From Minisyncoccota bacterium (GTDB lineage: Bacteria; Patescibacteriota; Minisyncoccia; 2-02-FULL-40-12; IGHO2-01-FULL-4-A): a stretch of 64,000 nucleotides of DNA. Below are positions 58,147 through 64,000 of this stretch, piece by piece. The notes under the pieces were generated by a model. The model was not told the origin of the DNA. It saw nothing but the letters and a program-made list of their open reading frames with translations, and made no database searches. Where the stretch lies: the NCBI GenBank assembly GCA_036517175.1, contig DATDXQ010000028.1, forward strand, positions 2,113-66,112, read 5' to 3'. Position 1 is the stretch's first letter, and each line of letters begins with the position of its first letter. The translations under genes and the position numbers were made by a program.

Positions 58147-58346
58147 GAATTAAGTATAGCATATCCTAAGTATAAAGTCAATAGCAACCAAAAACAGCCC
58201 TTGAAAGCTGTTTTTGCAAAGTGCCAAATGGGTCTGGGACCTGGAAATTTGTTGCAGAATTAGGACTTCGTTGGTATTTAATATTACCGGGTATCAAAGA
58301 AATTTATCAGTTTAATCTTGTAAATTAAAAGTCCGCAAAGCGGACA

Positions 58347-58529
58347 TTAGATAGATTTGGGAATTTTACCTTTACCATTGCAGGTCGGGCAGGTTGTAGT
58401 TCTGGTTTCTGGCATTGGAAAACCAAATAATCCTATATATGCAGCGTTCATGATTGTTTCTGTCTTTGAGCCAGACCCGCTGCAATTCCAGCAGATCTGC
58501 TCTTTATTTTGATCTTTGTTGGTTGCCAC
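58347..58529 (-). CDS. Small zinc-ribbon protein.
   Basis: 61 aa. CWNC...CPTC. ATG with a GGGGGTGA SD. TTGACA-N17-TATTGT promoter at 58568-58596. Confidence 0.5.
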   Translation of the reverse strand: MATNKDQNKEQICWNCSGSGSKTETIMNAAYIGLFGFPMPETRTTTCPTCNGKGKIPKSI

Positions 58530-58698
58530 CATACTATCACCCCCTATCTGTGTTAAGGAACAATAAAACAATACGCCATTTCTGGCGTATTGTCAATATT
58601 TGCACTTCGGCCTGTTGGCCTCAGTACAAAATTACCTTCGTAATTTATTTTTGTACCCTTCGGCTGTTGCCTACGGGCACTGCGTCGCCTTCGCTCCT

Positions 58699-58718
58699 TG
58701 TTGCGGGGGCAGGATTTG
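58699..58718 (-). repeat. 20-nt direct repeat of the tRNA-fMet 3' end (att-like).
   Basis: TGTTGCGGGGGCAGGATTTG is identical to 60584-60603 inside or adjacent to the tRNA gene. Confidence 0.6.
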
Positions 58719-58915
58719 GTTTCGCCTCTCGTTGGCTTCCGCCTCCTCGGGCTAACCACCACCTCGCGTGACTTTATGCCAATTGCATAAAGTCACATGC
58801 TCCGGCGTTCAAATACTGACGAAAGTGACACGGGTCACTTCCTCTCCCCGCAAACATATACGATAAATATAAACGGCTCACATGGTGAGCCGTTTATATT
58901 TTGGGGCAATCAAAT

Positions 58916-59030
58916 GTTGGAACCCTTCGACTACGCTCAGGACAGGCTTGTAAAAGATTAGTTGAGAATATATTTAGATATTATTTGGAGAATAAAAACG
59001 GCATTTAGCCGTATATATTTGTTGGTGAAG
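58916..59030 (-). repeat. Conserved 3'-end element copy C.
   Basis: GATTAGTTGA box at 58956-58965. Hairpin cggc/gccg at the stop codon of the 59005 gene. GTTGGAA / GTTGGTGAA flanks. Confidence 0.5.
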
Positions 59031-59472
59031 TCTCAAGCAGTAGGTCGCAATCTCTGCATACTAATCCGAATCCGCAACCTTGCCCGATTTCTTCAACCCT
59101 CTTTTCGTTTGAATGAGAACAACTTTTCTGTTTCCTTGTGAGTCCAGTCTTACCTTTGGCCTTTTTTCCTTCGACTACTTTGATAGAAAAACTGTGCTTA
59201 TACCGTTTCCCGCTACGATGAGCAGATTCTGTGAAAATTATCTTTGTACCCAGCGGGATTTTATCTAAAAAATTACTCGACTTTTCTATCTTCTCTGGTA
59301 TCAGGCAACTTTTGCCTTTCCTTGTTTCGACCTTACCGTGAGTAGACCATTTCTCATTAACAACGCCATTAACTACGAATTGTGTTGGAGTACGATTCGG
59401 TTCTGTTTTCTCCAGAACTCCTGTAGCAGTATATGTATACCATCCATCTATAGCATCTTTTCGTTTAGCCAT
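59005..59472 (-). CDS. Hypothetical protein with a C-terminal zinc ribbon.
   Basis: 155 aa. C-terminal CSHS...GCGFGLVCRDC. AAAGGAGAA SD. 1-nt TAATG overlap with the upstream gene. Confidence 0.45.
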   Translation of the reverse strand: MAKRKDAIDGWYTYTATGVLEKTEPNRTPTQFVVNGVVNEKWSTHGKVETRKGKSCLIPEKIEKSSNFLDKIPLGTKIIFTESAHRSGKRYKHSFSIKVVEGKKAKGKTGLTRKQKSCSHSNEKRVEEIGQGCGFGLVCRDCDLLLETSPTNIYG

Positions 59473-59774
59473 TACTTAAGTTCTCCTTTCGGCACATCTT
59501 CCGTCAACACAACAGTTGTCACTAATCCTAAGCCACTATTGAATTTCCAGTTTTGACCATCCCAATCCATACCATGGTCGAAAGTATCAGTAAATAATCT
59601 TCCTTTCTTAACTCCGATAGCATCACTGCCATCTTCGTAAGATACCAGGCCATAGCCAGTGTTTTTGTAGGCGAACTTATCGCCTGGCTTTAGATTCTTT
59701 AGCCGTTTTAGACGGTCTTCAGGAGTTAATGCGATTGAAACCGCTTTATTCTGCTTAGTCTTTTTTGCCATCAT
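59472..59774 (-). CDS. Hypothetical protein.
   Basis: 100 aa. Translationally coupled to the 59005 gene. Confidence 0.45.
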   Translation of the reverse strand: MMAKKTKQNKAVSIALTPEDRLKRLKNLKPGDKFAYKNTGYGLVSYEDGSDAIGVKKGRLFTDTFDHGMDWDGQNWKFNSGLGLVTTVVLTEDVPKGELK

Positions 59775-59943
59775 TCACCTCTAAGTTGAATAAGGACTGG
59801 AAAGATATTAGCAAACAAGGGGTTCCAAATCAATGTCCCCGATGTCATTCACGACATTCGCTAAGCATGCTCCGCATACAACTTGTTGTTGTGCGGGGTT
59901 CGCCAAGTTTTACAATGTCCCAGAAATGTACTAATCTTTTGAA

Positions 59944-60402
59944 ATGGATTTTGAATATTTTAACTCAAGGAAAGAAAAAGTCCGAGAAACTTACAATAAA
60001 CAAAAGGCTATTTTCTGTCCCTTTCTTCAGGCTCAGGTTGTTTTAAACTCAGATGGATTTCATCACTTACAATTCTCCGATAGAAGAGAGCGAGGCAAAG
60101 AAGAGCAACTATTAAAATTTAATCTATTACCTCTGGCGCTCGATATTATTAAAAAATCAGGAACGCTTCAGGAATACAGAAAGGAACCGGTTAGAATCGG
60201 GCGCACATCAAAAGACGGTTTTTCTACAACTAAAATCGCTGAATATTTTGGATTCGTAGCCATAGTCGGAGAAAAGAAAATTAAGATAAGGGTTATTGTG
60301 AGACGAATCGGCGATGGGAATTTTAGCTTTTGGAGTGTAATGCCAGACAGTAAGCTGAAAGGCGGTCAAAGATTATATGATTACGGAATCGAAGATAATT
60401 AA
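59944..60402 (+). CDS. Hypothetical protein.
   Basis: 152 aa. TTTACA-N17-TAATCT promoter-like sequence close to the ATG. Terminator hairpin at 60404-60440. Confidence 0.4.
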   Translation: MDFEYFNSRKEKVRETYNKQKAIFCPFLQAQVVLNSDGFHHLQFSDRRERGKEEQLLKFNLLPLALDIIKKSGTLQEYRKEPVRIGRTSKDGFSTTKIAEYFGFVAIVGEKKIKIRVIVRRIGDGNFSFWSVMPDSKLKGGQRLYDYGIEDN

Positions 60403-60585
60403 AACTAAAAAACGCCCCATGAGGCGTTTTTTAGTGTGCCTGTCTTCAGCTTTGGAAATCCTTAGCTGAACGGGGCTTGCGCCCACAAGCACGATGTAAA
60501 TGTAGCATACTTTAGTTAAAAAAAGCAAGTCCTGTTGATAATTCTATGAAAAACAGGAGATTTCTCTCCTGTTTCTCCTGCTCTG

Positions 60586-60658
60586 TTGCGGGGGCAGGAT
60601 TTGAACCTGCGATCTTTGGGTTATGAGCCCAACGAGATGACCACTTCTCCACCCCGCG
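60586..60658 (-). tRNA. Initiator tRNA-fMet (anticodon CAT).
   Basis: Cloverleaf folded by hand. C1:A72 mismatch. D-stem GAGA/TCTC with A11:U24. Three G-C pairs at the base of the anticodon stem (GGG/CCC). T-loop GGTTCAAATCC. Terminator hairpin at 60548-60580. Confidence 0.8.
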
Positions 60659-60715
60659 ATAATGTTTTATAAATTAAAAACTAATTGAAATCATAACAAA
60701 TTAAGACCAAAAAGC

Positions 60716-60746
60716 AAACTGACCAGGCTTAAAACCTGGTCAGTTT
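60716..60746 (-). terminator. Rho-independent terminator of nrdJ.
   Basis: Perfect 12-bp stem aaactgaccagg / cctggtcagttt, followed on the minus strand by a T-run. Confidence 0.6.
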
Positions 60747-60769
60747 AGAATAAATATATAAGACAAGAG

Positions 60770-63640
60770 TTAATTACAGACCCCGGTAGTTGCAAAACAA
60801 TTCGGGCAAGTATAACAGGATCCTGCCTTGAACATCATAGTACCGCATTCACAAACAGGAGCATCCGTGTGAGCATCCTCACCAGGGCTAGAATCCCATG
60901 CAGACGCGGCACTCGCGACAACATCTTCTCGGCCACCACGCACCAACTCAACTAGAGGAGAACTTTCTTTTTCTTCCAAAACAGGAATCATAGAAGTATT
61001 TTCAACGTGAGCGACACCAAAAATATCCTCCCGATCTTCCCTAGAAAGGAATCTGGTACCGAGATATCTGAAAATGTAATCCATAAATGATTTAGCAAAA
61101 GGTATTTCAGAATTACTTGTAATACCTGATGGCTCAAAACGCAGATCTTTAAACTTCCTAACCAACGTCTTCAAAGGGATACCAGACTGTAAACACATCG
61201 AGGTAAGCGTTGCAATAACATCAAACAAGCCAGATATCGTACTCCCCTCCTTCGCTATGGTTATAAAAGTCTCACCGGGCTTCTTGCTCTCTGGATAAAG
61301 ACCGACTGTCAGGTACCCCTCATGATTGCCTATAGAAAACTTGTGAGTTATCGAAGGTCTCTCATCAGGAAGTTTAATCCTAGTATGTCCGTTGACTTTC
61401 TCCACCAGACCGCTCTTGGCAAGTTTGGCAACCTCTTCTTTGTTTTTATCTTCAGAAGAAGTATTCAAAGGCTGAACACTCTTGCAACCATCTCGATAAA
61501 CGGCGACCGCCTTTAGACCGTACTTCCACGACTGCACAAAGGCATCACGAATATCTTCTTTAGTAGCCTCGTTGGGTAAGTTAACGGTTTTTGAAATAGC
61601 ACCAGAAATAAATGGCTGAGCAGCACCCATCATTTTAATATGTCCCATATAACTTATGCTTCTTTTGCCATTAAAAGCCTTGAATGAACAATCAAAAACG
61701 TCCAGGTCTGTATCCTTCAAGTGAGGCGCCCCCTCTATAGTTTCCTTGTCCAACAGATATGAATTAATGTCAGATATCTGCTCCTCAGAATAACCTAGCT
61801 TTCTTAGCGCTGGAGGAACCTGATTATTTACCAACTTAAGAGTTCCACCTCCAACAAGTTTCTTGTATTTAACTAAAGCCAGCTCAGGTTCAATCCCAGT
61901 AGTATCACAATCCATTAGAAATGCTATGGTGCCTGTCGGAGCCAAAACAGTAGCCTGGGAATTTCGGAAACCATTTCTCAAGCCAAGATCCACCGCTTCT
62001 CTCCAAACACCAACAGATTCTTTAAACAAATCCCGATGAGCCGAAAGCATTTTGTCGCTAGAATCACTAAAATGACCAATTAATCTACTGGCAACCAGGC
62101 CATGCTTCCTCATAACAGAAATCATAGGTTCCTTATTGATCTCATAGCCAGCAAATGGCCCGACAACTCCTGCCAACCTTGCGGACATTTTATACGCCTG
62201 ACCACACATAAGTGAAGTAATTGATCCCGCTATCGCCCTACCGTTATCAGAATCGTATGGCAAACCCATATTCATAAGTAAGCTTCCGAGGTTAGCATAA
62301 CCAAGACCAAGTTCTCTAAAATTAATCGCATTTTCAGTTATTTTAGGGGTTGGGTAAGATGAGTTACCAACAATTATCTCTTGGGCTGTTATTACAACGT
62401 CAACTGCCTTTTTAAAACCATCCACGTCAAAAGATCCATCCGCCATCAAAAACTTGAGTAGATTAAGTGATGCCAGATTGCAGGCGCTGTTGTCCAAATG
62501 CATATATTCTGAGCAGGGATTGGATGCGTTTATCCGACCACTATTGGGACATGTATGCCAATCATTTATAGTAGTATCAAACTGCATGCCGGGATCAGCA
62601 GAACTCCATGCGGCATCCGCTATCCAATCCATAACTTCTCTGGCTTTTAACTTTTCGAGTGACTGGCCACTGACGACAGCCCGTAGATCCCAATCTCCAT
62701 CAGCTTCTACACCCTTCATAAAATCATCAGTTACTCTTACAGAATTATTCGCATTTTGATAAGGCAACAATGTATAGGAATTAAAAAGCTCTCCCTCGAT
62801 AGAAGCCTTCATTCCGCTGGCACTGAGAACCTTGGCCATATCTTCTATTATCTTTTTACAATAAATAAAGTCTTTTATATCCGGATGATCTACATTTAAA
62901 ACAACCATCTTGGCCGCACGGCGAGTCGTGCCGCCAGAACGTATGCTATTGGCAACTCCGTCTGCTCCTTTCATGAATGAAACTGGACCAGAAGACCTAC
63001 CACCGCGAGAAAGAGGTTCGCGTGAGGAACGCAAATTGGACAAATTAATACCAGAACCGGAACCAAACTTAAAAATCCAACCCTCGTCACGATACCATTC
63101 CAATATTGATTGCATGTTATCCTCAACAGCCAAGATAAAACAAGCACTACATTGTGGCCTCTCATATACTCCGACATTAAACCAGACCGGACTGTTGAAA
63201 GCAAAAAACTGATTTATGAGTAAGAACCTAAGATCTTGCTTGAAGTTTTCGCAATCAGCCGCAGACGCAAAGTATCCGTCTTTCATACCCCAACCAGCTA
63301 TCGTAAGTGCGACCCGATCAATCATCTGACGAGCGCTCTGCTCTCTACCTGGAGTTCCTAGTTGTCCACGGAAATACTTTGAAGCAACAATATCAGTAGC
63401 GGTCTGACTCCAGAAATCAGGGACCTCAACCCCAGTCTGTTCAAATACAACCTCACCATTGCCCTTAGTAATCCTGGCAGTTCTTTTTTCCCAATTTATT
63501 GCATCATAGGGATCACCCACGCCAAAAAATCTAGTCCACCTCAAACCTGCAGTTTCGTGAAACTTACCATTGCCAACAACTGCGTCACTATCTATTAATT
63601 GCTCTAGTTCTTCACTTCGAATTGGGTATAGATTTGTCAT
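60770..63640 (-). CDS. nrdJ: Class II (adenosylcobalamin-dependent) ribonucleotide reductase.
   Basis: 956 aa. Ten-stranded barrel motifs (NPCSE, active-site Cys region). C-terminal Zn-ribbon CECG...CPNC typical of NrdJ. Confidence 0.8.
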   Translation of the reverse strand: MTNLYPIRSEELEQLIDSDAVVGNGKFHETAGLRWTRFFGVGDPYDAINWEKRTARITKGNGEVVFEQTGVEVPDFWSQTATDIVASKYFRGQLGTPGREQSARQMIDRVALTIAGWGMKDGYFASAADCENFKQDLRFLLINQFFAFNSPVWFNVGVYERPQCSACFILAVEDNMQSILEWYRDEGWIFKFGSGSGINLSNLRSSREPLSRGGRSSGPVSFMKGADGVANSIRSGGTTRRAAKMVVLNVDHPDIKDFIYCKKIIEDMAKVLSASGMKASIEGELFNSYTLLPYQNANNSVRVTDDFMKGVEADGDWDLRAVVSGQSLEKLKAREVMDWIADAAWSSADPGMQFDTTINDWHTCPNSGRINASNPCSEYMHLDNSACNLASLNLLKFLMADGSFDVDGFKKAVDVVITAQEIIVGNSSYPTPKITENAINFRELGLGYANLGSLLMNMGLPYDSDNGRAIAGSITSLMCGQAYKMSARLAGVVGPFAGYEINKEPMISVMRKHGLVASRLIGHFSDSSDKMLSAHRDLFKESVGVWREAVDLGLRNGFRNSQATVLAPTGTIAFLMDCDTTGIEPELALVKYKKLVGGGTLKLVNNQVPPALRKLGYSEEQISDINSYLLDKETIEGAPHLKDTDLDVFDCSFKAFNGKRSISYMGHIKMMGAAQPFISGAISKTVNLPNEATKEDIRDAFVQSWKYGLKAVAVYRDGCKSVQPLNTSSEDKNKEEVAKLAKSGLVEKVNGHTRIKLPDERPSITHKFSIGNHEGYLTVGLYPESKKPGETFITIAKEGSTISGLFDVIATLTSMCLQSGIPLKTLVRKFKDLRFEPSGITSNSEIPFAKSFMDYIFRYLGTRFLSREDREDIFGVAHVENTSMIPVLEEKESSPLVELVRGGREDVVASAASAWDSSPGEDAHTDAPVCECGTMMFKAGSCYTCPNCFATTGVCN

Positions 63641-63789
63641 AAACTATGCATGATTTAGTTAAAACAAACTCGCCATAAAAGCGAGTTAGCTCACACGACC
63701 ACACGGATTGTGTGAAGCACTGATCATGCTTTAATTCTAGACACAAGATGGAAGAGTGCAAGTAGACAAAGTTGTGGATAACTCTGTCA

Positions 63790-63827
63790 AAAAACAAAAC
63801 CCCGCTGTTAGCGGGGTTTTGTTTTGA
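63790..63827. terminator. Bidirectional terminator.
   Basis: aaccccgc-tgtta-gcggggtt hairpin with flanking A/T runs. Confidence 0.55.
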
Positions 63828-63844
63828 ATAATTACTATTTTAAT

Positions 63845-64000
63845 TTACTTCATTTTCCTTCTTATAAAAGCAGGTATATCAAATTCTGTATCATCTAGAG
63901 TGCCGTCTATTATTTCCTTAGGCTCAGAAGATCTATATTCTTCTTTGTGCTTCAACTCCCCGTTACCTATGCTTGGTGTATCATCAAACATAGTTGATAC
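63845..64000 (-). CDS. ftsZ: Partial CDS: the C-terminal tail of FtsZ (about 51 codons).
   Basis: My translation ends ...TEFDIPAFIRRKMK*, the conserved FtsZ C-terminal peptide (DIPAFLR). Not in the ORF track because it runs off the window edge. Confidence 0.45.
   Translation of the reverse strand, partial: VSTMFDDTPSIGNGELKHKEEYRSSEPKEIIDGTLDDTEFDIPAFIRRKMK

Noticed and set aside
52700-60600. Interpretation of the tRNA-fMet-adjacent region as a prophage or classical integrative element.
   Set aside because: No integrase, recombinase, capsid, terminase or other phage or conjugation genes are present. Only the att-like repeat and small accessory genes are there. I describe it as an integrase-less islet or cassette region instead.
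1-64000. Search for CRISPR arrays, rRNA, IS elements and transposases.
   Set aside because: I found no short direct repeats with regular spacers, no rRNA-like GC-rich conserved blocks and no transposase-like ORFs. The only tRNA is tRNA-fMet.

Overview
This 64 kb window is a low-GC (about 38%) bacterial chromosomal segment. Almost every gene is on the minus strand. Gene calls rest on recognisable motifs in the translated ORFs, and several ORF-track starts were trimmed to ATG/GTG codons with Shine-Dalgarno support because the track over-extends some ORFs to TTG/GTG starts. (1) Positions 1 to about 30,000 form one very large glycan-biosynthesis locus. It encodes a NeuB-family nonulosonic-acid synthase, a CMP-sugar synthetase, an SIS isomerase and an aminotransferase. 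It also encodes a Gmd plus NUDIX GDP-mannose module and a cupin, reductase and C-methyltransferase trio for a deoxysugar. A DPM1-like polyprenyl-phosphate sugar synthase sits with two PMT/ArnT-like GT-C membrane transferases, a methyltransferase-GT2 fusion and eight GT4 enzymes. Two of the GT4 genes carry poly-G tracts (G9 and G7). (2) Positions 30.6 to 41.9 kb hold envelope proteins: a PQQ-type dehydrogenase, a TPR-tailed GT-C-like membrane protein, and a 1205-aa S-layer-like protein behind a 1 kb AT-rich leader with an operator-like palindrome. A lipase/PD40 protein follows. (3) Positions 42 to 50.7 kb are housekeeping and sugar use: GH1, a GH-A hydrolase, a DMT transporter, dut, an LhgO-like oxidase, a Cys/Met PLP enzyme and a TrxR-like flavoprotein. 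(4) Positions 50.7 to 60.7 kb are the most unusual. A compact accessory region ends at an initiator tRNA-fMet gene, and a 20-nt direct repeat of the tRNA 3' end lies 1.9 kb away. It encodes many small Zn-ribbon or Cys-rich proteins, an HTH-GHKL-ATPase-STAS(DUF4325) protein, RidA and a hexose-6-P epimerase. It is dense with repeated regulatory modules: TTGACA-N17-TATnnT promoters, a shared operator palindrome, a GGTCCCAGACC/TTGGCA/TTGCAAAA upstream box, and three homologous 3'-end elements with covarying hairpins. It also contains a roughly 200-nt GC-rich standalone RNA gene with its own promoter and terminator. I could not classify that RNA. (5) Positions 60.7 to 64 kb carry class II B12-dependent ribonucleotide reductase (nrdJ) and the 3' end of ftsZ. 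I saw no CRISPR array, rRNA, transposase or integrase.
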